This document shows, piece by piece, positions 29,623 to 41,000 of a DNA stretch of 61,017 nt (the first letter of the stretch is position 1; each line of letters opens with the position of its first letter). A program made the position numbers and the translations under genes. Under the pieces are notes generated by a model that was not told the origin of the DNA, made no database searches, and saw nothing but the letters and a program-made list of their open reading frames with translations. Source of the stretch: a virus (taxonomy: Duplodnaviria; Caudoviricetes); the IMG/VR virus record IMGVR_UViG_3300047586_000114, positions 1 through 61,017 of that record; one strand, given 5' to 3'.

Positions 29623-32462
29623 TGTTCGTATACTCTAATACTTATAGAGTTTCTTGTAAACATTACTAATTCTGGTGTATATTCAATTAATTGTTCATAT
29701 GCGAGTTTATAAATTTCATAATCAAATCTTAAATCAATTTCTGGTTTTATAACTTCTACATAAATACCACCAGAAACACCTCTAGCAACTTTAGAAATTT
29801 CAGATCTATCTATATTAACATCAAGTCCAAATTTATCTGTATAGTAAGAAATTAATGCATCTTTAATAGCTTCTATTAAAGCTTGAGATGTTTGAGTTAC
29901 AGTTTTATCTCTGACTACTTTTAATTCAATTTGTAATGGAATATTAAATATCGGTTCCATCCAATACTTACCATTAAAGGTTAAAGTTCTATTTTGATCA
30001 ATATCTAATGGATCATATTTATCATTAACTATAACAAGTTCTCCCATCTTTGGCTGAACAAATTCCCAATGATCATATGCCCAAATTGCAAATTTATGTA
30101 TCTGGTAGAGCCAGTTATTACCCTGTAAATCATACCCCTCACCACCGTTAACTATATAGGTATCATTAGGTTCTACATCCACAGGGAGGGGTGGATAAAC
30201 CAAGGAACGCGATATTATTGTTCTACTCTTACTATTATATTTCATGTTAATAAGGTAACCATATGTATCGCAAAATTTAATATTATTGAAATCTGTTAGC
30301 ATTCTTTGACTAGTTAAATTAATATTATTGATGTATTTTTGCAAAACATAAGTATCAAATTTAGCTCTATTAAAATAAGATTCATTTAAATAAGCAGAAA
30401 GAATAACCGGAGTATCATAAACTTTATAAATAGGTTCTCCATTTTCGGATGTTCCCAATGTAATATAACTATACATTAAATCTGACATATCTCTTCTTAT
30501 AATGGGTTGACAAGAATATTCTTTCAAAGAATAATATTGACTTGGATTTATTGCTTTAGCTGATTTACCTAATATGATAATATTAAAATCTACTTGGTCT
30601 AATGGTATTTGATTTACATATTCAAACGTTAAACCAAAACCTAAAATTTTATTATTTTGGTCTAATACTTTTTCTACAGTTATATGTGATCCGGAACTAT
30701 AATAAGTTTTATTGTCCCATCCTGTAGTTATTTCTATTTCATAATCTTGAATATCATCATTTTCATAAGCTACTTGACACAACATGTAAATTGATGGATA
30801 TTTGGGATCATCAGTAACAACTTTTGTAAAAACAACACTTATTATATTCATCGAAGCATAAAAATCATAATTATCTATAACACCAATATAACTAGCAGTT
30901 GAAGATAATTGTTTAGATATGTATTCATATTTTGCAGTTAATGTATCTGGATAAATTTGCATATTGAAAATAGTTTCAAATGTAGAATTTAAAGTATCAT
31001 CATATGAATTTGATCCAGAAGGAATATATAAATGTGTTTCCATATTAGCTGTACTATCTATAGTGTAAATTGCAGAAGAATCAACTGGCCATTGAAAAAT
31101 AATATTTCTGGTTGGGACAATTTCTTGTATTCCGTTTGGATCCTGATAAAATAATGCATTAAACATCATTATTTCATTTATCTTAAGATCACTTCTTTTT
31201 AAAATAGGTCTAGTATAAGATACTGGAAGATACGGTACTATTTCATTAATATCATCATAATCTACATCTGAAACTAAACGCTGTCTTGATCTTAGACCAG
31301 CAATAGCTTGTGATTTAATTTCTGCTAAAGTTGGTAGATCAGCACCGCCAGATGCCGCAGCTGGATTTGAAACAGAAAATGGTAAAGATTCATATTTTGT
31401 AGATGTTCCGGAAACAACAGGATATAATATTGGATCCCATTTAGAGATTGCATTTGGAACTATGATACCATTTGCACCTTTAGTTAAATATAATAAAGTT
31501 ACAACATGAGCTCCTCTATGTGGTTGTTGCCCAAAGATACCATTTCCAAAGAAAATATCTCCAGAACCATAAGTTGATGTCCAAATATATTTTTTATCAG
31601 TTTGAGATAGAGTATATAAACCAGATTCAGATGCTGTCCAATTTTCGTAAAAATATCTAGGAGGATTTGAACCAGGGGAAGCAGTTGGAGGATAATACCA
31701 TTCATCATATGTTCCTGGTAATGTTACTCCGACCGGAACTTCATCCCTTACATAAACTTCTAATCTGCTAACCTGGTTATCAGCAAATATTAAATTATTT
31801 GAATAAAATTGTAAAAATTCTAAATCATATGGTATACTAAAAGATTCATATAATAATTCTTCTTGTCTAAACGGCAAAATAAACATAACAGTATTATTTT
31901 GAGTATTTAATTCAACTGGATAATAATTTCCTTTTTGATCAGTAACTATAACTGATTCTTTATTGGCAATAGCAACAGTAACATTATAACTAGCCAATTG
32001 TTCAGCTTGTGATTTTAATTCTGAAACATTTAATTCAACTATTGTTTTTTCTGTTGAGTATAATGTAAAAGGAATATCTCCAGCATAAGCTTTAAATGTA
32101 CTTGGTATTGAAAGAGTTATATTGTTACTTAATAACTTATTTAAATAGACAGTAAACAATAAATCAACAGTAGCAGGAGTAGCATCTGGAGGATAATAAT
32201 CAATCCATTTACCGAGATTAATAACTGAATCTGGCATTTGGGCTTCAGTGAAGAAAAATTCTTTATATACATTTGCATTATAGAACATCATATTAGTTGT
32301 TAAAACAGAAAAGATATTAATGATGTAAGATACAAATGTAGTTTTATTTAAATCAACATCTTGTAAATCCAAATAATCTTGTGTCATCTCACATAAACTA
32401 TTTCTGATAGCTTCTCTTGAACCAAAAATGTTTGCTTGTTTATCTGTAAAAAGTGAAGGCAT
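29619..32462 (-). CDS. baseplate wedge protein (T4 gp6-like)
   Basis: EFFFTEAQMPDSV...Y.P...TPA, IFFGNGIFGQQP, T.GANG, ASGGAD...Q.RLVS..DY. Confidence 0.85.
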   Translation of the reverse strand: MPSLFTDKQANIFGSREAIRNSLCEMTQDYLDLQDVDLNKTTFVSYIINIFSVLTTNMMFYNANVYKEFFFTEAQMPDSVINLGKWIDYYPPDATPATVDLLFTVYLNKLLSNNITLSIPSTFKAYAGDIPFTLYSTEKTIVELNVSELKSQAEQLASYNVTVAIANKESVIVTDQKGNYYPVELNTQNNTVMFILPFRQEELLYESFSIPYDLEFLQFYSNNLIFADNQVSRLEVYVRDEVPVGVTLPGTYDEWYYPPTASPGSNPPRYFYENWTASESGLYTLSQTDKKYIWTSTYGSGDIFFGNGIFGQQPHRGAHVVTLLYLTKGANGIIVPNAISKWDPILYPVVSGTSTKYESLPFSVSNPAAASGGADLPTLAEIKSQAIAGLRSRQRLVSDVDYDDINEIVPYLPVSYTRPILKRSDLKINEIMMFNALFYQDPNGIQEIVPTRNIIFQWPVDSSAIYTIDSTANMETHLYIPSGSNSYDDTLNSTFETIFNMQIYPDTLTAKYEYISKQLSSTASYIGVIDNYDFYASMNIISVVFTKVVTDDPKYPSIYMLCQVAYENDDIQDYEIEITTGWDNKTYYSSGSHITVEKVLDQNNKILGFGLTFEYVNQIPLDQVDFNIIILGKSAKAINPSQYYSLKEYSCQPIIRRDMSDLMYSYITLGTSENGEPIYKVYDTPVILSAYLNESYFNRAKFDTYVLQKYINNINLTSQRMLTDFNNIKFCDTYGYLINMKYNSKSRTIISRSLVYPPLPVDVEPNDTYIVNGGEGYDLQGNNWLYQIHKFAIWAYDHWEFVQPKMGELVIVNDKYDPLDIDQNRTLTFNGKYWMEPIFNIPLQIELKVVRDKTVTQTSQALIEAIKDALISYYTDKFGLDVNIDRSEISKVARGVSGGIYVEVIKPEIDLRFDYEIYKLAYEQLIEYTPELVMFTRNSISIRVYEQ

Positions 32463-32515
32463 GTATCTTAAACTCCTGATTATTTAATTAAATATTTGTT
32501 CGGAGCTAACTGAAC

Positions 32516-33160
32516 TTAAACCCCCAAGTATAGACCGCTATTCTTACTGTAAAATTTGTTCAGAGTACTTTGATCATTTTCAAAAAGTAAATTGTATAAT
32601 AGTATAGCATCTTCAGCACTATAAATCTTTTTCTCATAATCAAAAAATGTATACGTTTCAATTGTTTGACTATCTAATCCACCTTTAGTTCTGTAAGATA
32701 CTTTCAATTGTTCTTTCCAAAATGAAATATCAGTATTGGTAGATTTTTCCATATTTGTAACTTGATAAGCTGTAAGTAAAGATTCGGTATTTTGTCTAAG
32801 AGGCAATGCATCAAATATAACATGATCCATCATTGTAGGAATTATGTTGTAAGATGTAGGAATATTAAAGGTTGTCATTTGATCCGATTTAGTCATACCT
32901 TTTTCATCTGCGGAAAATCTTGGTTGAATTCCTTCAAGATTATAGACTGGTAAAAAATTAATTTTTTGGAATTTAACACCAGTTAAATTTCCTATTAATT
33001 CATAATAACCAGCTTCTAATTTTGTATCTTCTAAAATACTATTATCGATATCTACATGATAATATGTACAAACAGAAGCCACACCATGAACAGCATAATA
33101 ATTATATACTAAATCTAAAAATTCGTTAGGGTAAAATTGATATCTTAACCAGTTTTGCAT
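32516..33160 (-). CDS. probable neck/head-closure-like structural protein
   Basis: Beta-rich 214 aa in the tail operon; contextual call. Confidence 0.4.
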   Translation of the reverse strand: MQNWLRYQFYPNEFLDLVYNYYAVHGVASVCTYYHVDIDNSILEDTKLEAGYYELIGNLTGVKFQKINFLPVYNLEGIQPRFSADEKGMTKSDQMTTFNIPTSYNIIPTMMDHVIFDALPLRQNTESLLTAYQVTNMEKSTNTDISFWKEQLKVSYRTKGGLDSQTIETYTFFDYEKKIYSAEDAILLYNLLFENDQSTLNKFYSKNSGLYLGV

Positions 33161-33163
33161 AGT

Positions 33164-33595
33164 TTATATGTCCTGTAGAGGCATAGTTAAATTATTATCT
33201 GTGAATACAACATCAATTTTTCCAGTTTGATCGTCGCGTTTTAAAGTAGCTGAAACATAAAATCCTTTTACATCTGAAAAGAAATTGACATTAATATTTT
33301 CAATAATAACTCTTGGATCATATAATTTAATTCTTTCTTTAACTTCATAAATAATATCTTCTTTTGTTATATCATCACATATTTCAAATATTTTTTTATA
33401 AAGAAGAGAACCATAAGTAGGATCGAAAATATAAGTTCCTAGTGGAGTCATTAACATATTTCTGTAGGATTTAACATAAACGTTAATTCCTGTTAATTTT
33501 TTAAAATCTCCTATTTTATCGATTAACTCGATAAAGTCAACAGCCGTATTACTTTTACCAGCAATTCTTTTATCTACTAAAGATATATTAGGCAT
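33164..33595 (-). CDS. baseplate wedge subunit gp25/GPW-like
   Basis: NMLMTPLGTYIFDPTYGSLL...FE...IKLYDPRV signature. Confidence 0.88.
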   Translation of the reverse strand: MPNISLVDKRIAGKSNTAVDFIELIDKIGDFKKLTGINVYVKSYRNMLMTPLGTYIFDPTYGSLLYKKIFEICDDITKEDIIYEVKERIKLYDPRVIIENINVNFFSDVKGFYVSATLKRDDQTGKIDVVFTDNNLTMPLQDI

Positions 33596-33609
33596 GGCCG
33601 CATCCTTTG

Positions 33610-33861
33610 CTATTTTTTATTATGGGCGTCTTTGAGCGCGGCCTCTCTTTGTTTAGCAACTTCTTCGTCGAATTTTTGTTTCCACTGAAAATATTTTTTT
33701 AATCTATCAACAGGCATATTTAAAATATCTAAATATGATTGTTTGCTTGTTTCCATAGCTAAAAAAATATTCTCTTGAATTTGTATTCTAAAGCGCTCTA
33801 CTGACTCTTCATTCGTATAATGCCCGAAAAAGATTCTGGATAATATCCATAGCATTTTCAT
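33610..33861 (-). CDS. gp51-like / tail-assembly-chaperone C-terminal module (possibly reached by frameshift)
   Basis: QENIF.AM....SYLDILNMPVDRL..Y motif; track start lacks an SD and overlaps the upstream gene. Confidence 0.5.
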   Translation of the reverse strand: MKMLWILSRIFFGHYTNEESVERFRIQIQENIFLAMETSKQSYLDILNMPVDRLKKYFQWKQKFDEEVAKQREAALKDAHNKK

Positions 33862-34624
33862 TATTATGTTTACATTTAGGACATACAGATAACATAGTTA
33901 ATTTTACTCTATAATTACCAAACTCTTCCATATACTTTTTATTTATAAGTTTTCTATCAGCAGCAGGTAATGATTTATAACCTACAAATATATTATCTCT
34001 TTCAGATATAGAAACAGATTTATCTGTATTTGGTTCGTATTGAATAAATTTAATTACTGGTAACATTTCAGAACCTATAGACATATTTTCTTGACTTTGA
34101 AATAATGCATCTGTTATAAATTGATCTTCAGTTTTTAAAGTGGGTTGTGTAATTTCCACCGATGTATTCTTAACAATTTTAAGTTCTATTTTAATAACTT
34201 TTTTAAGAATTTCTTCTGGTTTACCTTTATATGCTTGCATATTAAAAGCTTTAGAAATATCAAGAACCACCGAATATTTATTTCCACAATTTTCCCCGGC
34301 GCAAGGAACATCGAAATTCTGCATATCTTTATACGTTACATGATAAAGACCATAGAGTAAAGCGTCTCTATCTAATATTGTAACATTATTTAGAAAATCT
34401 TCATATGTTTTTATTGATGCTGGTTTCTTAACTAAACATGTCCATATAATTTTACTTATATGAGTTGGAACTGATTTTGGACTTATAAAACTACCTTTAA
34501 GAGTTTCTTCTTCCGCGACCGACATAGATCTAATTGTAAATTTGTTAAGTGTTTGTGGTGTGATGATTTCATACTCTGGATAAGAGATTTCGAACCCTTT
34601 GAAGACTTCTAATTTTTCTGACAT
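33809..34624 (-). CDS. baseplate hub assembly protein (T4 gp26-like)
   Basis: PEYEIITP...IRSMSVAEEE.L, D...LL, CAGENC and CPKC zinc motifs. Confidence 0.75.
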   Translation of the reverse strand: MSEKLEVFKGFEISYPEYEIITPQTLNKFTIRSMSVAEEETLKGSFISPKSVPTHISKIIWTCLVKKPASIKTYEDFLNNVTILDRDALLYGLYHVTYKDMQNFDVPCAGENCGNKYSVVLDISKAFNMQAYKGKPEEILKKVIKIELKIVKNTSVEITQPTLKTEDQFITDALFQSQENMSIGSEMLPVIKFIQYEPNTDKSVSISERDNIFVGYKSLPAADRKLINKKYMEEFGNYRVKLTMLSVCPKCKHNNENAMDIIQNLFRALYE

Positions 34625-34719
34625 TTTTGTGATTTCCTTTTTGTTGAGTTATAAATTTTCTTAATACTTGAAATTTAGTTGTAGTTAAAAAATGAATTCA
34701 ATTTCAGATATTAAAAAAC

Positions 34720-34745
34720 AAAGGGGTAATATTTCATACCCCTTT
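34720..34745 (-). terminator. intrinsic terminator after tail tube gene
   Basis: AAAGGGGTA/TACCCCTTT stem with T-rich tail on the minus strand. Confidence 0.65.
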
Positions 34746-34763
34746 ATTAATTAAAATAAATAC

Positions 34764-35522
34764 TTATGAAGGACTATCAGCACCCGCTGGAGCAGATTGC
34801 AATGCACCAGATTGAGCACCTCTAAATGCAAGACTATTATCATGAAGAATCTTAGCTTGTTCAGTAGCTTTAACTCTAACCCAATCTTCGTGCCAGATAA
34901 AATCAAGTGCGAATTCTACATCTGGTTCGAGTTTATCTACAGTAGCAACATCACTTGAAAAAAGATCTTGCGGATCTTTTGTAGGATAAATACCACTATA
35001 CATAGCAAAATATTCAACACTTAAACCATCTGGTTTGGTTGTCCAATAAAGAAGATTACAAGCATAAAGATTCTTTGTCTTATAATCTGATGGACCTTTA
35101 GCTTGAATACGGGAAATACCATTACGATATTCGCGAATCATTCTAACCCAACCATGCATAATAGCTAAAACAGGAAGTGCACTAAATTCAACAAACTTTA
35201 CAGTAATAGTATTACCATAATCTACGTTTGTCGGTACTCCCCATTTAATTCCACCAAGTCCAGTAAATTCAGCTCTACCAAGTGTTCCACCTGGAGGAGT
35301 TACTGATAAACAAGATGCTTGGAGAAATTGTGATATTTCAGCATTACTGCCAAAATTTGCATTACCTTGACCAGTTTTTACTGAATCAATTAAACCGGAA
35401 GGGAGATCATAAAATTTAATGAAATGTGTCCCGCTAAGATAAGGGTCAGCAGTACCTTTTAAGGTACCACCGAAGTTCCTATCATATAGGTTTTGTGCAA
35501 CTACATTGAAACTTGTGTTCAT
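34764..35522 (-). CDS. tail tube protein
   Basis: Immediately after the sheath; SVTPPG...ITVKFVE...W.....GIYPT...DVEFALD tube-fold pattern. Confidence 0.75.
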   Translation of the reverse strand: MNTSFNVVAQNLYDRNFGGTLKGTADPYLSGTHFIKFYDLPSGLIDSVKTGQGNANFGSNAEISQFLQASCLSVTPPGGTLGRAEFTGLGGIKWGVPTNVDYGNTITVKFVEFSALPVLAIMHGWVRMIREYRNGISRIQAKGPSDYKTKNLYACNLLYWTTKPDGLSVEYFAMYSGIYPTKDPQDLFSSDVATVDKLEPDVEFALDFIWHEDWVRVKATEQAKILHDNSLAFRGAQSGALQSAPAGADSPS

Positions 35523-35552
35523 ATTATATAGTTTCCTTTATATTAATATTAA

Positions 35553-37262
35553 TTATTGAACAAACAAGTTCAAGTAAATTCTCTCTATAATTCCAACAGG
35601 AACAAGAGTTACATTTACATGACATATTTTTTGTTTCTTTTCATATTCAGTTGCCCCAACTTCCACAGAATAACCTTCAAGTGCTCTAGCATCTTGTAGA
35701 GTTTGTAAGAATCCAGCAATTTCAGATGCAATTGCGGAATGAGTTTCGGAATCATTAAATTCAAATATATACCATTTACAGAACTGTTCAAGAGCTCTTT
35801 TAATATACAATACAGTTCTTACTGTAGAGATATTAGATAGCTTTGAAGGTCTTTTCTGAGTTGTAAGATTTCCCCAAACAGTATATCCAACACTAAATCT
35901 AACAATAGGATTAATCTGTGCAAGATACAACTGATCTCTTTGAGATAACTTGGGATTGAATCTCATTTCTTTAATAGTAGATAAGGTAGCTCTATTATAA
36001 CCAGCATTTGGCCACCAAACTTGATAAAGAGCATCATTCATCGGAACTATATGAGACATATGATAAATTGGAGATAACCATAAATTCTTACCAGTATGTA
36101 CATCATATACTTTATTAAATGGTTCGAAGATACCACAATAGAAAGTATTCATATCATTGTCATTATTTCTGGCATTGATAGAATCTTGAACTGTGGCATT
36201 ATCTCCATTATCAAGGAATGCAAAACAATCTCTACGAACATCTTGTGATAAGTACCTAATGGATTCTTTAATATCTGGTGTGTAACCAGCATCATAAACG
36301 ATATTAAAATAAATCCAATCAAGATCTATTGTATCTTCATCAAGAAGACCCATATAGGCACTGACAAGAAGCTGGTTAGCTACAACTGGATCAACAGTTC
36401 TGCGGCCAGTTGTTGAATCTATTGTAACTAATGATCCTTCAGATCCACCAGTAAAGTGAACAGCACTTGATTCAATTATAATACCACTACCCGGAGGATA
36501 TTCTTGAGTTTCAGAAGGAAGTTCAACGATAATAGGAAGATTTGTTTTCTTCCATTCATTAATACTTAACTCATTAACATAACAATCAATGAACTTAGAA
36601 AATCTATTAACAACTTCAGTGATAAAAATAGAATCCCCAGATTCATCAACTGCTTGTTCATCAAATGAAACTTCAAAAGATTCAATTAAATTATCAATAG
36701 GAGTACTAGCAGAAGTTTCAAAAATATTTAAAGTATAAATGCCTTGATCAGCAAGAGCTGGATTAGTATGAGGAACTAATGTGATGCCGAAATCATTATA
36801 ACTGTCTCCTCTACCAAGTGGGTAGAAAAGAACAATAGGCCAAATATTAGGATTATGTAACGGATTGTGTTCAACTTGTAAATCTTTTTCTGCAGTTGTT
36901 TTTAAAGCATAAATATTTGATTTACTTGATACAACAATTGATCCGGTACCATCCGAATTAAAATCTATTCTTAAATTGGCAAAGGTAGCATCATCTGGTA
37001 ATGCTCTGATACAATAAAGAGAACCAGACATTCCTAAATGGTTCCAAGCCATATAAGGACCTTGACCCCAAGCCTTACCATAATCATTGATATTGGGAGT
37101 ACCAAACATATCTTTAAAATCAGGTTGTCCCGCAGATAATGTTAGAGTATTATCTGGACCCCTACGAGAGAAAAATGAAACAAATCCAGTTGTGCCGGGG
37201 ACTTCTTGTAGATAATAGCTCAAATCAATGATCTTCGAATATACACCAGGTGATATAGGCAT
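35553..37262 (-). CDS. contractile tail sheath protein
   Basis: SPGVYSKIID, RGP, FGTP, PNAGYNR, RDQLY..QINPI...VWGNLT...R...FEFND. Confidence 0.95.
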   Translation of the reverse strand: MPISPGVYSKIIDLSYYLQEVPGTTGFVSFFSRRGPDNTLTLSAGQPDFKDMFGTPNINDYGKAWGQGPYMAWNHLGMSGSLYCIRALPDDATFANLRIDFNSDGTGSIVVSSKSNIYALKTTAEKDLQVEHNPLHNPNIWPIVLFYPLGRGDSYNDFGITLVPHTNPALADQGIYTLNIFETSASTPIDNLIESFEVSFDEQAVDESGDSIFITEVVNRFSKFIDCYVNELSINEWKKTNLPIIVELPSETQEYPPGSGIIIESSAVHFTGGSEGSLVTIDSTTGRRTVDPVVANQLLVSAYMGLLDEDTIDLDWIYFNIVYDAGYTPDIKESIRYLSQDVRRDCFAFLDNGDNATVQDSINARNNDNDMNTFYCGIFEPFNKVYDVHTGKNLWLSPIYHMSHIVPMNDALYQVWWPNAGYNRATLSTIKEMRFNPKLSQRDQLYLAQINPIVRFSVGYTVWGNLTTQKRPSKLSNISTVRTVLYIKRALEQFCKWYIFEFNDSETHSAIASEIAGFLQTLQDARALEGYSVEVGATEYEKKQKICHVNVTLVPVGIIERIYLNLFVQ

Positions 37263-37338
37263 GATCGTCTTTCCTTATTTAATATTGATCTACACTATAT
37301 AATATATTTTTGTTCCAAAAACGAATTCTAAGATTTTG

Positions 37339-38010
37339 TTAAAAATAGATATTCCACAGGAAGACTAGTTCTCGTCCACTGTCTTTTCGTATTGTACTAA
37401 ATGTGCATCTAGCAAAAATAGAAACAGGTATAGTAGATGTTTCGTCTTCTCCCCCCACATATAAACCGGCTTCATTTAAATCATAATATGTTTCCCCATT
37501 TGGACCATTTGCATCAGTTGAAACAATAGTTGTTTGACATTGAACTATTAAATATCTATTTTGGTTAACAATATCATTAATATATGTTTTTAATGCTATT
37601 GGTTTTACTTGATAATCATTTCCACTTACTGTTAAATCTTTATATGTTGATTCTGATGCATCTAATACAATAGGTGATAAAAGGTTAGTATCAGGTAAAG
37701 TAGGAGCTAAGGGGGTCAATATATCCCCAGGAGAAGCACCATTCACACCAACACCAAACCAATTAATATAGCCATCTTTAGCTTGAGAATCCCAAGCAGA
37801 CATTGTTTGATAAACAGCTCTTTGTGCTAACCATTCTCTTCCTTTGTAAAGAATAAGATTTGGTTTGGCAACTAATAATTTTTCTGTGGCTGAAATTTTA
37901 TCATATATTTCAACATATCCACCAATTAATTTATTTCCAATTTTAAGACGTAAATCATCATTAGTTTGATCTCTGTAAGAATCATTTAAAAATACTTTTC
38001 TCGATTCCAT
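37339..38010 (-). CDS. baseplate / tail-fibre attachment protein
   Basis: NLILYKGREWLA...LNEAGLY...FAR.TF..I.K......W.IYF, typical tail-collar-like signature. Confidence 0.65.
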   Translation of the reverse strand: MESRKVFLNDSYRDQTNDDLRLKIGNKLIGGYVEIYDKISATEKLLVAKPNLILYKGREWLAQRAVYQTMSAWDSQAKDGYINWFGVGVNGASPGDILTPLAPTLPDTNLLSPIVLDASESTYKDLTVSGNDYQVKPIALKTYINDIVNQNRYLIVQCQTTIVSTDANGPNGETYYDLNEAGLYVGGEDETSTIPVSIFARCTFSTIRKDSGRELVFLWNIYF

Positions 38011-38047
38011 GTTAGTTAATCCTTATATTATATAATATGTTGTTCTT

Positions 38048-41000
38048 TTAATACGTTACAGTACATCCAAAATCTTTTAAACCTTGACCTAGAAATTCTG
38101 ATAAACCTTCTATTTGACGAATAGCAATCGAAGTTAATCCATTGTTATTAGATACGTTAATAGCACAACTATTTGTTCCAAGATGATATCTCATTAACCA
38201 CATTTCATCAATATAAATTGACATTTGTGTTTGAGAAATATTATTATAGCTTAAATCGATATAATTTAAATTCAACAAATATAAAAAACTACCGATATCA
38301 GTTATCTGATTGTGATTTATATCTAAATGAACCAGACTATTACAATATGAAATATCTCCGATTGTCGTTAAACTATTATTTGAAACAACATATCTTTGAA
38401 TATAAGGAAAATAATCAATTGTTGTAGTTACTATTGCATTAATATTATCTGAGTCTAATGAAATTAATTTATTTTGTTTATCTAAAAAGTTAGCATATAT
38501 AAAATTACAACCACTAATATTTAAAGTTTCTAACAATGTTAATAATTCTATATGATATATTTGCTTGATTTTTGTGTTATTTGAAATATTTAAATTTGTA
38601 AGTTTTGGATAATATTTAACATCAATAAAATATTCATGTAAAGAACTATTATTGTCTGATAAATCAAGAACTTGTAATTCATTTAAATAAAATTCTGAAA
38701 GAGATTTGATTTTATTATTTGATAGATGAAGTTCAGTTAAAGTATCAAAATCATCACATAAAAGTTTAACTGTTTTTTCTCCACTTGTTGCATAAGTATG
38801 AGAAACATAATCGTTTGGTTCTAAAGTTCCATCTCCTAAATTCCACAAAACATTAGAAGTATGAACCGTTAATGGACTAAATACATCAGGTATCGTAGAT
38901 AAAGTTATGAAAGAAAATACGTTAGTACTAAAATCATAACTAATGGTACAACCTCCGCCCTTTATTGGTGTAGCAGAATAAGCTCCTAAACCTTCAATTT
39001 TTTCTACAGCTGTTGCAGATGATAACCCACAATTACCTTCTAATTTAATATCACAGGAGTTAGCTTTTAAATAAACTTCATTTGACCATAATTGATCTAC
39101 AAAGTTTGATAAAGTAGATTCATTGAATTCATTATTTTCTAAATAACAATTTGTTAAATTCGTTAAATTAATTAAACTTCCGACATCTGTTAAATTATTA
39201 TAAGAAATATCTAAAAATAATAAATCGGTAAGATTATCAATTTGACCGATATTTGTTAACTCATTATTTTTAAGATATAATCTTTGAAGATTAGTTAAGG
39301 ATGTAACTATCCCAATATTTAAAAATCCATTGTTTAACAATTCTAAACTTTGTAATTGTGTTAAATTAGTAACTAAACCGATATCTGTTAACGCATTATT
39401 ATTTAGATTTAGTGTTACAAGATTTATCATATTAGCGACATTACCTAATTGAACAAGATCATTATCTTCTAAATTTAAATATATTAAATCAGTAAGTCCA
39501 GAAATTATACCAATATATGTTATGGTATTATTGCTCAAATTTAAATAAGTTAAATCACTTAATCTTGCTATTTCTGAATACGGACCAGTTAATTGATTTG
39601 AACTTAAATCAAGATGTGTTAAATTTGTAAGAAGTTCTAAATGTCTCATTTCAGTTAATTGATCATTAGAAGCATTTAATTCAGTAATATATGTGTAATC
39701 ATCTATAACACTAAACATAACTGCTTTTTGAACAGTTGAAGTATATCCCGCATAATCAATGTTATTTACATTAGATATAATAGTTCCGTTTCCCATATCC
39801 CAAGAAACATTAGTTCCAGATTTTACAACAGAAGCTATAAAATGAGGAGTGCCGTTATTAATTGTAATAAATTGCAAATCAGTATGAATAGTTATGATAA
39901 AATCTCCATCATATACATCTCCTACATCAAATTTATTTGGTTCAACTAAAGATGTATAATGATAGGGATTAACTGTATCATAATTTCTTTGATCACTATC
40001 TCTAATATTCTCTCTTCTATCCCATTCTGCTTTTTGAAAAAATTTACCATTTAAGATATCTTGACCATTTAAAGAATCTTGCAATTTATCATCTAATCCA
40101 TAAATAGTTTCATAAGATAATAATCTAGCTCTTTTTGGTTTAATATCACCAATCAATAATTTAATTTTTTCAAATGATCCCAACAAAAGTTCTCTAAAAT
40201 TAGGAGCTGTAGTTTGAATATAAGTATGAATAAATACATTTAGATATGTAACAAGTGTTTCCGCTAAATTAAAATATACTTCATCGTTACCATTGGTATA
40301 TTCTATCATTAATGGAACTAAAGTATTATTAACGGCATAATTTAATTTCCATAAACCATTTTCATCATATTCCCATTGTTCATCTATAGTTCCAGTTATA
40401 GCTATACATTTATAAACTACGGGTAAATAACCTCTAGTTGAATCATTATTAACTAATTTTAAACTATCTAAAGTATTACCTATTGTAGGTAAATTATAAT
40501 AATCTTCAACCGACACCGGCATTGCTGTTCCATTTAATATTCTTTCTGGATCTTTTCTATTTCTTGCATAGTTTTTAGCAAATTTCCAAGTCCACATCTG
40601 CATATATTTATTATGTAAAAGTTTTTGATACAATCTGTGCCATTCTTCATAAATATCATTATCTACTTGTAATTCCCATTGTTCATCTATAGTTCCTGTT
40701 GTCGCAATGCATTTATAAATTCTTGGATTATATTGGGTTCTATCCACCCAATTAAATCTAACATCTGCAATAAAATCTGTTTCATCTTTAATAATTAAAG
40801 CAAGATCACCTATTTTATAATTAACACCATCTAAAGGTAAATGTGCTTTACTTTTTTTAATAGTGTAAATATCAGTTAGTATTTTAAATCTTTTAAATAA
40901 AACATCCCATTCTTGTTTAATTATAGATTCATACGTATCAGTATTATATTGATCAAAAACATTTTGTATAGTACATTCTCCGCTTATATTTCCGACATCT

